Assembly: GCA_965250085.1 (NCBI GenBank)
Contig: OZ252287.1
Coordinates: forward strand, 704,001-768,000
Direction of reading: 5' to 3'
Source of the DNA: Candidatus Altimarinota bacterium
Lineage (GTDB): Bacteria > Patescibacteriota > Gracilibacteria > CAIRYL01
Length of the DNA: 64,000 bases
This document shows, piece after piece, positions 20,247 to 29,878 of this stretch. Under the pieces are notes generated by a model. That model did not search any database and was not told the DNA's origin. It worked only from the letters and a program-made list of their open reading frames with translations. Position numbers and translations under genes: made by a program. Position 1 is the stretch's first letter. Every line of letters starts with the position of its first letter.

Positions 20247-20956
20247 GGCTCTAGAGTAGGAGATTTTAAAAATCTCTGATAATTTTGGACATTATAACAA
20301 AAATATCTTGATCTTTATAGTTCCATCGCCACTCACATTCTTTGAGGTGAAAGTTAAACTTGTGAGAAGCAATTCCGTTAAACTTAGAGAGTCTTCTTTT
20401 CGCAAAAGACCAAAAGGATTCAATACCATTTACATGACATTTTCCTCGTGCAAATTCATTTTCTGAGTGATGAATACGATAGTGATCATATCCATTGAGA
20501 ATGAGTCCATCATAAGCTCTCCATCCATCAGTATGAATAGTTGATCCTTCTAGTATTTTTCCTTGAATAATAGGTAGGAGCTCTTTTCTGGAGCAATCTT
20601 TTACAATAGAAACAAATACCCTTCCTTCTCTTTGAAGGATTCCAAAGACAGGAGTCTTTCCTGCGGCTCCTCTTCCTCTCTTTCCTCTCACTCTCTTTGC
20701 TCCAAAGTAACTTTCATCAAGTTCAAATTCTCCAAAACTCTTTGACTGTGCTAAAGAGAACTTTGCAATCTTTTCTCTAAAAATATTAAAATATCGATCA
20801 ACCGTTCTCCGATTGAGATCTAGAATATTTGCTGTTTTTGATGCATTGAGATCTTCACAAAAACACTTCAATATTTTTTTGATCTTATAATTCGATATTT
20901 TACTGTGTTTAAGCATGTTAAGAGAATAATTGAAGTAATTATTCTACTCAAGAGCC
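20247..20956 (-). mobile_element. Complete IS1595-family (IS1016-like) insertion sequence, 710 bp
   Basis: Terminal inverted repeats GGCTCTAGAGTAGGA / GGCTCTTGAGTAGAA (13 of 15 match); flanking direct repeat AAATGTA at 20240-20246 and 20957-20963; single transposase gene. Confidence 0.92.
20266..20916 (-). CDS. IS1595 family DDE transposase
   Basis: ELDESYFG, RGRGAAGKTPVFG, IHTDGWRAY, HVNGIESFWS, HLKECEWR. Confidence 0.95.
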   Translation of the reverse strand: MLKHSKISNYKIKKILKCFCEDLNASKTANILDLNRRTVDRYFNIFREKIAKFSLAQSKSFGEFELDESYFGAKRVRGKRGRGAAGKTPVFGILQREGRVFVSIVKDCSRKELLPIIQGKILEGSTIHTDGWRAYDGLILNGYDHYRIHHSENEFARGKCHVNGIESFWSFAKRRLSKFNGIASHKFNFHLKECEWRWNYKDQDIFVIMSKIIRDF

Positions 20957-21020
20957 AAATGTAATATTATTCCCTGTTTTTGTATTCTTGCATTCTTATT
21001 TTTCTTTTTATGTCAAAATT

Positions 21021-21401
21021 ATGTCAAAAAACACAATAGAGTCCACTCCATTTGATACTTTTGCAGAAGTGTCTGCAGCAATAGAAAAATTGCAAAACCG
21101 TACAGCCAACGAGTCTGTTTCACGAGCTATTTTTGGAGCTCCGTGTGAGGAAATTGTAGCTGACATTGAGACATTAAGATCTTGTCTGACATCAGATGTG
21201 GTGCCACAAGAATTAAAAGACGATTTTAAGTCGGTGTGTCAAACATTTCTAGCACGCATGGAAATACTCGAAGGACAACATGCAGATAGTATTGAGGTAA
21301 TAGGATTTGCCTCGGGAGAATACGGAGGCAGTATTCGTTTTCTTAGGCATTATGTATCACAAACAAGAGCCTCTCTTTCACAAGAGGTGCCATTGAGTTG
21401 A
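21021..21401 (+). CDS. Hypothetical protein (orphan)
   Basis: 126-aa ORF from ATG 21021 with no recognisable motif. Confidence 0.5.
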   Translation: MSKNTIESTPFDTFAEVSAAIEKLQNRTANESVSRAIFGAPCEEIVADIETLRSCLTSDVVPQELKDDFKSVCQTFLARMEILEGQHADSIEVIGFASGEYGGSIRFLRHYVSQTRASLSQEVPLS

Positions 21402-21662
21402 TTCTGCTGGCGCGCGTTTCCTCCAAAGGCGGACACGGATAACGCATGCCAAATTTCCGTGGAAACCGATACCCTATTCATCGTGGTCTTTTGAGCTACG
21501 GTATATTTGTGGTTTCAGCCAAAGCCTATTTGTCTTTGTAAGAACAGAATAGTGAGTCTTCATTTAAAATCTTTAATTTATAATCTATCCTCCTTCGTAC
21601 CTGATAAGTCGGGATTACGGCGGATAACTGCTTTTTATTTATGTTTTCATACGGAGCAGTTA
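21400..21662 (+). other. Hairpin-rich intergenic region: candidate structured RNA plus a REP-like element
   Basis: At least five stems, e.g. tggcgcgcgtttcc/ggataacgcatgcca, gaaacc/ggtttc, ctatt/aatag, tatcc/ggata, ataactgct/agcagttat. Confidence 0.4.
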
Positions 21663-21674
21663 TAATTTGTCCTG

Positions 21675-22709
21675 ATGGCAATATCTCGACAAGAATCGGA
21701 AGTAGTAGCGGCTCCTCATGATGCCAAAGAGGAAGTCTTTGAGGCGACTTTGAGACCGAAGACATTTGATGAATATGTAGGACAAAGGCAGATCAAAAAA
21801 AATCTGAAAGTTTTTATCGGTGGAGCCAAAAAACGTGATGAAGCCTTGGAGCACATCCTTGTCTACGGACCAGCGGGACTGGGGAAGACAACACTTGCAC
21901 ATATCATTGCCCGAGAGATGGGCGGGAATCTGCGAATTACTTCTGGACCCGCTATTGAAAAGACAGGAGATCTGGCAGCACTTCTTACGAGTTTACAAAA
22001 GGGAGACGTGCTGTTTATTGATGAGATTCATCGACTCAAAACCATAGTAGAAGAGATTCTGTATTCCGCTATGGAAGATCATGCACTCGATCTTATGGTC
22101 GGCAGTGGACCGGGGGCAAAATCTATGCGGCTTTCGCTCGAGCCATTTACCCTCATTGGCGCTACGACCAAAATCGGACTGCTCTCCTCCCCTCTTCGTG
22201 ACAGGTTTGGGAGTATCCATAAGCTTGAGTTTTATAGTCCAGATGAGATTGCTCAGATACTCAAGCGAAGTGCTGAGATCTTGAAATGCAAGATCGACGA
22301 CAATGCGAGGAAGTTTCTGAGTACCTCAGCCAGATCTACTCCGCGTATTGCCAATAGACTTCTCAAGCGTGTACGTGACTTTGCCGATATGGATGGTCAC
22401 GCTGTTATCTCGCAAAAGATTTGTGAAGATGCTTTGGGACATTTGGGCATTGATGAGCAAGGGCTTGATGCGACTGATCGTGCATTGCTCACTGCTATTA
22501 TCGAAAAATTCTCCGGTGGACCAGTAGGACTCAGTACCCTTGCTGCCGCTATGGCAGAAGAAAAAGAAACTATAGAAGACATCTATGAACCATTCCTTAT
22601 GCAGATAGGATTTCTCCAGCGTACTCCCAAGGGTCGCATGGCTACAAAACACGCCTACAAACACTTGGATATGGAGACGCCAAAAGATGCACCTTCGCTT
22701 TTTTCGTAG
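21675..22709 (+). CDS. ruvB: Holliday junction branch migration helicase RuvB
   Basis: LRPKTFDEYVGQ, GPAGLGKTT, FIDEIHRL, GATT, YEPFL, RTPKGR. Confidence 0.98.
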   Translation: MAISRQESEVVAAPHDAKEEVFEATLRPKTFDEYVGQRQIKKNLKVFIGGAKKRDEALEHILVYGPAGLGKTTLAHIIAREMGGNLRITSGPAIEKTGDLAALLTSLQKGDVLFIDEIHRLKTIVEEILYSAMEDHALDLMVGSGPGAKSMRLSLEPFTLIGATTKIGLLSSPLRDRFGSIHKLEFYSPDEIAQILKRSAEILKCKIDDNARKFLSTSARSTPRIANRLLKRVRDFADMDGHAVISQKICEDALGHLGIDEQGLDATDRALLTAIIEKFSGGPVGLSTLAAAMAEEKETIEDIYEPFLMQIGFLQRTPKGRMATKHAYKHLDMETPKDAPSLFS

Positions 22710-22718
22710 AATACCAGT

Positions 22719-24590
22719 CTAAATAATCGTGCAAGATATGTTTGCTACAAACAGTGGAACAAAATTATCTCCATCTTTTTTATAAACCTCTGCTTTTACT
22801 TTACCGAAGGTGGCGATAGTATTTCCTCTCAGTTTTCCAATTTTTCCACGAGTTACTAGCGTATCTCCTGCTTTCAAATCTTGTATCGCACGTGAATCCA
22901 ATTGCTTTTTCTCGATACTCGTTATCATTACATTCTTTCCAGCAAATTGCTCGGACATCCCAGCGGCGGCAATTCCTTGTGATGCAATTTCTGACAACAA
23001 TGGTGAGCTTATATTTCCTGATTTGGTTGTGTCGATTGTATTAGCAGTAATATCGCCAATCTTAAATTCTGCTTCAAGAATATCGTCAGGATAATTTATT
23101 GCAGTGTCTACCATCAGGAATCCATTACTATGAGGGAGTATCCCTTTAATAGTGCTACGGTCTAGTTTTTTCGCATCTGACTGAGGCGCATTTTGAAGTT
23201 CTGGCTCAAGAGAATTTCTTGCCTTCTTTTTTGATACCTCAATATAAACAATGTCCGGATTATCTGCACTCACTACGAAGTATTTCTCATCCGACTGAAT
23301 ACATTGCACCTTTTCATACGGAAGAATTGGCTTTCGGTATTTTACCGAAAGCTCAGTATCATCTATCTTAAATTTACTTATGAGGAGTTCTTCTCCGGCA
23401 ATACCTGGAGCGATTCCCATATGATCACACAAGGTCTGATTATCAGTTCCCGCCATTTGATATATACCATCATCCAATTTAGTAAATAATCGGAATTGAT
23501 CCTCTGGCTCTGGAGTATTGTCTGATGATACTTCAGGAATTAGGTATGAAGGATTGTTAGGAGTGAAGTACCCTCCCTGCAAAATACTTTCTTCATCAAT
23601 CCCAAGGGCATCTATCATATCTCTGTTTTTATTTACAATTTCCTTTACCTCATATGCCACCTGTTCTTTGAGTGCCTCTGAGATGGTTTTTCCAAAAAAT
23701 TGTAAAAATCCCAAACGTAATCCTTTTTCTTTCATTTTTCCTGTAATCAAATCATTGAGTTCTTTTCCAGTAAGTCCTTCTCTTTCATATTGTGATACTT
23801 TATCAATTTCTTCAAAAATACACAGTACTGCATCTCTATATTCTGAGAAATAAGGAACGCCCTCCAGGCAATCAATCAGTGGTTTCCAAAATAGATCATC
23901 CCTTCTGTCATCAATTTTTTCACAAAAATCATGAATAATTTTGAGAGAAGTGAGCGGCATTATAGAAGTGGAGTCGGTGTATATCTCAGGAGCACGATAG
24001 GCGTATCCATTTTTCAAGGAGCTGATTGCTTTTTCACCATGGGCTTTTGCGTCTTGCATCACATATGCTTGTGCAAAATCTGATTGATACGAAAGAAATG
24101 TTTTTACTGTTTGGTCAGTTACTATCCCTTCTTCTTCCAAGTTCTGGAGAAGTTGTAAAAATTGATTCACCGCTACTTCTCTAAGTGAATCGAGAATTTC
24201 CTTACGTTTCAAAATTCTTTTTGATCCTTCGTTCTCTGGATTTTTACTAGCAGATGTTAATTCTTTTTCGGTTGGATAAGAAACTTCATGAGCATCAAAG
24301 CTTTGTGTGGCAGCAAGTGCTGCTTCCTTTCCCTTGCCGGCTCCTCCAAGAATAATGGAACTGAGTGTGGATCCTCGTAGAGCATCGACAATTCCTTTTA
24401 CTTGCCTGTCAAAAACTTTATCTGCTCCTCCAAATTTGAGCGCGAATTGACGTGGAGGATCTCCTGATGTTGTTCTTGTTGTGGCAATATTTCTCTCTTT
24501 ATTAGTCTGAAGCGCATGAATAATGGCTCCTCCAATACCACTGGGATTCCCTCCAATAATAAGGTCTGTATACGTCTGCTTTTCTGCCAT
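22719..24590 (-). CDS. Putative fusion: NAD(P)-binding enoyl-reductase-like domain plus two FabA/FabZ-like hot-dog domains
   Basis: LIIGGNPSGIGGAI (Rossmann); Y-x5-K (AYVMQDAK); CDHMGIAPGIAGEE and VKYRKPILP; ILPHSNGFLMVD, LLSEIASQ and LKAGDTL. Confidence 0.55.
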   Translation of the reverse strand: MAEKQTYTDLIIGGNPSGIGGAIIHALQTNKERNIATTRTTSGDPPRQFALKFGGADKVFDRQVKGIVDALRGSTLSSIILGGAGKGKEAALAATQSFDAHEVSYPTEKELTSASKNPENEGSKRILKRKEILDSLREVAVNQFLQLLQNLEEEGIVTDQTVKTFLSYQSDFAQAYVMQDAKAHGEKAISSLKNGYAYRAPEIYTDSTSIMPLTSLKIIHDFCEKIDDRRDDLFWKPLIDCLEGVPYFSEYRDAVLCIFEEIDKVSQYEREGLTGKELNDLITGKMKEKGLRLGFLQFFGKTISEALKEQVAYEVKEIVNKNRDMIDALGIDEESILQGGYFTPNNPSYLIPEVSSDNTPEPEDQFRLFTKLDDGIYQMAGTDNQTLCDHMGIAPGIAGEELLISKFKIDDTELSVKYRKPILPYEKVQCIQSDEKYFVVSADNPDIVYIEVSKKKARNSLEPELQNAPQSDAKKLDRSTIKGILPHSNGFLMVDTAINYPDDILEAEFKIGDITANTIDTTKSGNISSPLLSEIASQGIAAAGMSEQFAGKNVMITSIEKKQLDSRAIQDLKAGDTLVTRGKIGKLRGNTIATFGKVKAEVYKKDGDNFVPLFVANISCTII

Positions 24591-24666
24591 CAGTATTTTT
24601 AAGAATACAAAAGGCAAACAAAGTATAATTATTCTTCATAAATGTCAATATTATTATCTTTCTGTT

Positions 24667-26055
24667 TCATAGTATCTCTCCCTTACAAATCCACACATCT
24701 GCCTCTTCTATTTTGACCGGAACGATCTCTCCTACAAACCTCTCCGCTTTTTTCCCAACCGGAAAGAAAATTGTTTGCCCCGTGTGACACTTGCCTTTTG
24801 CAATGTTTTTGTCATCCACAGATTCCACCAGTACCTCCACCTGTTGTCCTATAATCCGTTTGTTTTCACTGAATGAAGTCTCTCTGAGTTTTTCGGTAAG
24901 GATCTGAAATCGACGGTCTTTTTCCTTTTTTGAGATATCATCTGGCATTTTTTCTCCCGCAAAAGTCCCCGGTCGCGGAGAATATTTGGAGATATATGCC
25001 ATCAGGAATTGCTCCTGATCAAAAAGATCCATGGTCATTTGAAACTCTTCTTCTGTTTCACCAGAAAATCCCACAATGATATCTGTAGTAATTGTGATAT
25101 CTGGCATGAGCTCCCGTGCCTTCGCTGTGGTACGTTTGAAACGAGCAATATTGTGCTCACGCCCCATACGTCTGAGTACTTCAGATGATCCGCTCTGCAC
25201 GGGCAGATGAATACTCCGAGCAATATTAGAATATGCCGCAATGACTTCCAGCACATCATCTCCCATATGCCTGGGGTGAGGAGAAGTAAACTTGAGTCGC
25301 TTGAGATTTGGAATCTGAGCAATTTGTTCAAGCAGAAAAGCAAAATCTGTTTGCCTTTGAAGCATCTTTCGTTTGCTGTCATCCAGGAAATACGCATTCA
25401 CATTTTGTCCCACCAGAGTGATCTCTTTGGCTCCATTTTCCACGTGGTTTTCGCACTCAGTCATAATCTCTTTGAAAGAACGTGAACGTTCTCTTCCCCG
25501 CGTAAATGGCACCACGCAATAGGTGCAAAATTTATCACACCCTGTCATGATAGGCACGTATACGCGGAATTTTTCTGTGAGCTTGGGAGAAATATGCAGG
25601 TAGTCATTCAGATCAAATTCATGTTTTGGACGCTGGAGAGAGGTATCAAATTGCGAGAGAAAATCAGGAATTTTGGGCAAGTCTTCTATTCGGAATACCA
25701 TATCTATTTTTTTATGTTTTTTGAGGAGTGGATCGCGATCTTCATCTTCCTGCGTGGATGATTTTTTGACCATGCATCCCGTGAGACCCACCATCTTTCC
25801 CTTTTTTTTGGCATTGTGTACAAATCCATGCACTCGGTCCTCTGCATGCTGCTTGATAGAACACGTATTGAGAAAAACGATATCTGACTCTTCCATTGTC
25901 TCTACCTTTTGCATATTCAGACTCTCCAGTACGGTTTCGAGCCTTTCAGAATCAGAATGATTCATCTGACATCCAAACGTTTTGAGAGAGAACTTTTTGA
26001 GATGCTTTGGGAATGGTGCAACGAAAGAAGTCATAGCAGAAAGATTGTACTGCAT
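24667..26055 (-). CDS. miaB: tRNA i6A37 methylthiotransferase MiaB
   Basis: TFGCQMN..DSE, NTCS, GC, CDKFCTYCVVP, HLPVQSGS, TRAM domain. Confidence 0.94.
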   Translation of the reverse strand: MQYNLSAMTSFVAPFPKHLKKFSLKTFGCQMNHSDSERLETVLESLNMQKVETMEESDIVFLNTCSIKQHAEDRVHGFVHNAKKKGKMVGLTGCMVKKSSTQEDEDRDPLLKKHKKIDMVFRIEDLPKIPDFLSQFDTSLQRPKHEFDLNDYLHISPKLTEKFRVYVPIMTGCDKFCTYCVVPFTRGRERSRSFKEIMTECENHVENGAKEITLVGQNVNAYFLDDSKRKMLQRQTDFAFLLEQIAQIPNLKRLKFTSPHPRHMGDDVLEVIAAYSNIARSIHLPVQSGSSEVLRRMGREHNIARFKRTTAKARELMPDITITTDIIVGFSGETEEEFQMTMDLFDQEQFLMAYISKYSPRPGTFAGEKMPDDISKKEKDRRFQILTEKLRETSFSENKRIIGQQVEVLVESVDDKNIAKGKCHTGQTIFFPVGKKAERFVGEIVPVKIEEADVWICKGEIL

Positions 26056-26072
26056 TTTTTGAGAAACTCAAT

Positions 26073-26987
26073 TTACGCGACAAAACGTTTTGGTACTGCA
26101 GTTAATTTCTCCTCACCCCATTCTCCGCCAGCAAACTCTAAAAGGGCAAGCGCCTTTTGCTCAACGTCCACGACAACTGCAGTAGGCTTATGAGCACGAC
26201 TTAAAAAACTGCCACAGTCAGCAATTATTTTTCCATCTTCCAAATGTAAATATGGAGAATGATGGTGTCCACGAATCAGTGCCCAGGAATCGGTAGATTC
26301 GAGAAGTCTATGAGAATCTTCCAAAGCAGGGTGCTTGCTTCTTCCTCGTTCATGTCTTGTGAGCTGTGCAGGAACAATTCTTTTTTGCACAACAGCATCT
26401 ACAAGATCCATCCTTGCAAGAGAAACTCTTGGTGCGGTGCGATGGAGTAATCTCCAGATGGCATCCCATGATCGAAGATTTCTCTCAGTTTTTTGTAAAA
26501 CTCTTTGAATTTGTGGATCTTCAGAGAGAGATCTATTGAGTGCTGTTATATCACTTTCATTTTTCCTCAGAAGCTCTCGAAATCGCCTGAGTCCGAGAAA
26601 GTGTCCATGAGTAACAACCGTGCTTTCTTTTTCTGAAGAATAAATAGCTGGTAAACGAGTATAAGGAATTTCTGAGATATACTGATCGAGCTCATCTGCA
26701 AGATATGGATCATGATTCCCTTCCAAAAACTCAGGAACAAATTGCGTTTGATAATAATATCGCACCAGTTCTCTGCGAAAAGAATCTGATTCTTCCTCTG
26801 TATGGAGACATCCGAACATGGTACTGGTTTGCTCAAAGGTATCTCCTACAAATCTCAACTGCGCTCTGACATTAATTGCCATATCGACAAGAGCTTGAAA
26901 CGCCCTTTTAAATCGCTCGTGTACACCTCTATTGATTTGATCCCCCAGATGAAGATCGGAAATATGGATTATATTTTCTGTTCTCAT
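26073..26987 (-). CDS. Calcineurin-like metallophosphoesterase (LpxH-like)
   Basis: HISDLHLG, VGDTFE, GNHD, THGH, GHHH. Confidence 0.85.
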   Translation of the reverse strand: MRTENIIHISDLHLGDQINRGVHERFKRAFQALVDMAINVRAQLRFVGDTFEQTSTMFGCLHTEEESDSFRRELVRYYYQTQFVPEFLEGNHDPYLADELDQYISEIPYTRLPAIYSSEKESTVVTHGHFLGLRRFRELLRKNESDITALNRSLSEDPQIQRVLQKTERNLRSWDAIWRLLHRTAPRVSLARMDLVDAVVQKRIVPAQLTRHERGRSKHPALEDSHRLLESTDSWALIRGHHHSPYLHLEDGKIIADCGSFLSRAHKPTAVVVDVEQKALALLEFAGGEWGEEKLTAVPKRFVA

Positions 26988-26989
26988 AA

Positions 26990-28735
26990 CTACAGTTTTT
27001 TGATTTGGATACAGAGTTCTTTCATTTGTTCTTCTGGCATTGGTCCGGGGGCACCGAGCATAAGGTCTTGGGCTTGTTGGTTTTTGGGGAAGGCAATTAC
27101 TTCACGAATATTTGGCTCTCCGGCAAAAAGCATGACCACTCTGTCAAGACCCATCGCACATCCTCCATGTGGTGGTGCTCCATACTCAAAAGCGCTCAGC
27201 ATGTGTCCAAATCTCGCTTCAGCATCTTTTTTAGAAATTTTGAGAATATCAAATATTTCTGCCTGCAAATCTGATTCATGAATTCTCAGTGATCCTCCTC
27301 CGAGTTCAACTCCATTCATGATGACGTCATACGCATGTGCTCTTGCCTTGAATGGGTCAGTTTTGAGGAGCTCGACATCCTCTTCGAGAGGGCGAGTAAA
27401 TGGATGATGTACCGCTCCCACTGCCCCCTCGGAGTTTTGTTCAAACATCGGAAAGTCATGCACCCAGAGATAAGAAAATTCATCCGGATTTTTGAGACCA
27501 AATATATTTCCCAACTCTGATCGCACTGCTCCCAGCGGTTCAAGTGCTGTAGCAAAACTCCCTGCTCCAAAGAGAATTACATCTCCATTCGCAGATTTTG
27601 TTTTTTTGACAAGTTCTTCGATAAATTTTTTGTCTGCAAATTTTGCCACTGGACCAGAGTCTTCTCCCACTCGATACCAAGCAAGTCCTCCTGCGCCATG
27701 TTTTTTGGCAAGATCAGTAAGGTCATCAATATTCTTGCGGGTAAGCTCACCAGTCTTCTGCGCTATTGGAAGTGCAAATACATATTCAGAGTTTTCAAAC
27801 ACTCCAAATCCACATTTTCTTGAGTCTTTAGTGATATCTACAAGCTTTAAGCCGAATCTCAGGTCCGGCTTATCCGATCCATACGTAGTTATTGCTTCAT
27901 GATATGTCAAACGAGGAAATTTTTTAGGGTATTGTTTCTCAGGAGCAAACTTTTGAGTAAGCTCGATAAAGCATCTTTCGATAATATCCATAATATCCTC
28001 TTCGGTAGCAAAACTCATCTCTAATTCAAACTGTGTAAATTCTGGCTGTCGATCTCCCCGTTGGTCTTCATCGCGAAAACACCTCGCTACTTGAAAATAT
28101 TTATCAATTCCTCCCACCATCAGCAATTGCTTGAGCTGTTGTGGTGATTGAGGAAGCACATAAAACTCTCCTGGATACAATCGACTCGGAACCAGATATT
28201 CTCGAGATCCCTCTGGAGTCCCCTTAATCATGATAGGAGTCTCTATATCAATGAATCCTTCGTCATAGAAAAAATCTCGGATCATCTTTACCATCTCCGC
28301 TCGAAGAATGATGTTGTTTTTAACTCGTTCACGACGAATGTCTAAATATCGATACTTGAGACGCAGTTCTTCTCCCACATCCTTGTCCTGATCTATCTCA
28401 AAGGGAGGCGTCTTGGATGTATTTAAAATTTCAAGTGAATGGACCTCAACTTCTATCTCACCTGTTTTCATACTTGCATTCGCTTGGTTTTTGGGTCGTG
28501 GTCGGACCTTTCCTACAATTTGAAGGACAAATTCCGGACGTATCTGCTCTGCTAAATGAAAATCTTCAGATGCAATATTGGGGTCAAATACAATTTGAGT
28601 AAGTCCATATCTATCTCTGAGATCAGCAAAAATGATACCTCCGTGGTCACGCCGTCTATGTACCCAGCCACAGAGAGTGACTTCATTTTTGTCATTTTTT
28701 TTGGTTAACTCCGCACATGTATGGGTTCTGAGCAT
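26990..28735 (-). CDS. aspS: Aspartate--tRNA ligase
   Basis: RRDHGG, LPQSPQQLKQLLM, CFRDEDQRGDRQPEFTQ, GAPPHGG. Confidence 0.98.
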   Translation of the reverse strand: MLRTHTCAELTKKNDKNEVTLCGWVHRRRDHGGIIFADLRDRYGLTQIVFDPNIASEDFHLAEQIRPEFVLQIVGKVRPRPKNQANASMKTGEIEVEVHSLEILNTSKTPPFEIDQDKDVGEELRLKYRYLDIRRERVKNNIILRAEMVKMIRDFFYDEGFIDIETPIMIKGTPEGSREYLVPSRLYPGEFYVLPQSPQQLKQLLMVGGIDKYFQVARCFRDEDQRGDRQPEFTQFELEMSFATEEDIMDIIERCFIELTQKFAPEKQYPKKFPRLTYHEAITTYGSDKPDLRFGLKLVDITKDSRKCGFGVFENSEYVFALPIAQKTGELTRKNIDDLTDLAKKHGAGGLAWYRVGEDSGPVAKFADKKFIEELVKKTKSANGDVILFGAGSFATALEPLGAVRSELGNIFGLKNPDEFSYLWVHDFPMFEQNSEGAVGAVHHPFTRPLEEDVELLKTDPFKARAHAYDVIMNGVELGGGSLRIHESDLQAEIFDILKISKKDAEARFGHMLSAFEYGAPPHGGCAMGLDRVVMLFAGEPNIREVIAFPKNQQAQDLMLGAPGPMPEEQMKELCIQIKKL

Positions 28736-28786
28736 GGTGTTTAGGATGCAGGTAAATTGTTACAGTTGAGCAAGTGAAAGGCAATT

Positions 28787-29749
28787 TTATTTGTTATTGT
28801 TTGCTTGCAAAAATCGCACAAAAAAATCTTCAAGACGTTCTTTTTCGGCAAAAATATCTTTGATTTCAATATTGTTCTGAAAGCATTTTTGCAAAAATTC
28901 AGAGAGAGTATTTTTAGTATCAAAGTGAAAGTGATATGCGTTCGCATCTTTTTGCCCCATGTGTTCCATCTTGTCGTAGTCGGAGCATTTTTCTCCATTA
29001 AATTGTGTGAGGAGATCTGAAGAAATTTGTACAGACTTTGGAAATCGAACGAGATAGTACTTTGCGGTGAGTCGATTCATGATTTTTTCTTTGTTTTCAT
29101 CGAGTATAATTTTTCCGTTATGGATGATAGCAATGCGATCACAAAGTGCTTCGGCTTCTTCTAAATAGTGAGTGGTCAGAAGAATGGTTACCCCTTTTTT
29201 GTTGAGCCTCTGAGTAAATTCCCATATTTTGCGACGAAGCTCGACATCCACTCCGGCTGTAGGTTCATCAAGAATAAGAATCTTTGGGTTATGAAGAAGC
29301 GCTCTCACGATCAGAAGCCTCCTTTTCATTCCTCCAGAAAGAGCAACAATTGGTGCTTTTTTTTTGTGTTTTAGCTCCATAATGTCCAGGAGTTCATCTA
29401 TCTTTTTGTAGGCCCTATTTCGTGGAATGCCAAAATACGAAGCAACGATGAGTAAGGATTTTTCTACTGTTTGAAAGGTGTCAAAATTAAACTCTTGTGG
29501 CACTACTCCCACTATTTGTCGTGACCGTTTGTAGTCTTTTGTGGTTTCATGTCCAAATATCTTTGCTTCTCCACTTGTCTTCATAACGAGTCCGGTGAGA
29601 ATGCCGATCGTAGTTGATTTTCCAGCTCCATTGGGACCCAGAAGTCCGAAAAAGCTTCCTTCTGGAACTTGCAAATTTATCGAATCAAGCGCCGTAACGG
29701 TTTTATATTTTTTGGAGAGATTTGTGATAGAAAGTGCGTTTGTTGTCAT
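28787..29749 (-). CDS. ABC transporter ATP-binding protein (YadG/ABC-2 type); no permease adjacent
   Basis: GPNGAGKST, LSGGMKRR, ILDEPTAGVD, TTHY. Confidence 0.92.
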   Translation of the reverse strand: MTTNALSITNLSKKYKTVTALDSINLQVPEGSFFGLLGPNGAGKSTTIGILTGLVMKTSGEAKIFGHETTKDYKRSRQIVGVVPQEFNFDTFQTVEKSLLIVASYFGIPRNRAYKKIDELLDIMELKHKKKAPIVALSGGMKRRLLIVRALLHNPKILILDEPTAGVDVELRRKIWEFTQRLNKKGVTILLTTHYLEEAEALCDRIAIIHNGKIILDENKEKIMNRLTAKYYLVRFPKSVQISSDLLTQFNGEKCSDYDKMEHMGQKDANAYHFHFDTKNTLSEFLQKCFQNNIEIKDIFAEKERLEDFFVRFLQANNNK

Positions 29750-29878
29750 GTGATACGAATGGGGAGCTGATACATTGTGATCGTTTTTGCTGATGTTGAA
29801 AAGGGTTTTCTGTGCTCTGATTTATTTCTTTTCTTGTCTATTTCTGCTATATATAGACACAAAAGAAACCAAAAAAAT

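Noticed and set aside
21383-21560. Lysine riboswitch suggested by AGAGGTGC
   Set aside because: The motif lies inside the upstream ORF end, the other conserved elements are missing, and the downstream gene is ruvB.
28741-28998. Possible frameshifted alternative C-terminus of the ABC ATPase
   Set aside because: The main ORF already ends with the typical LEDFF motif; this overlapping frame has no recognisable features.
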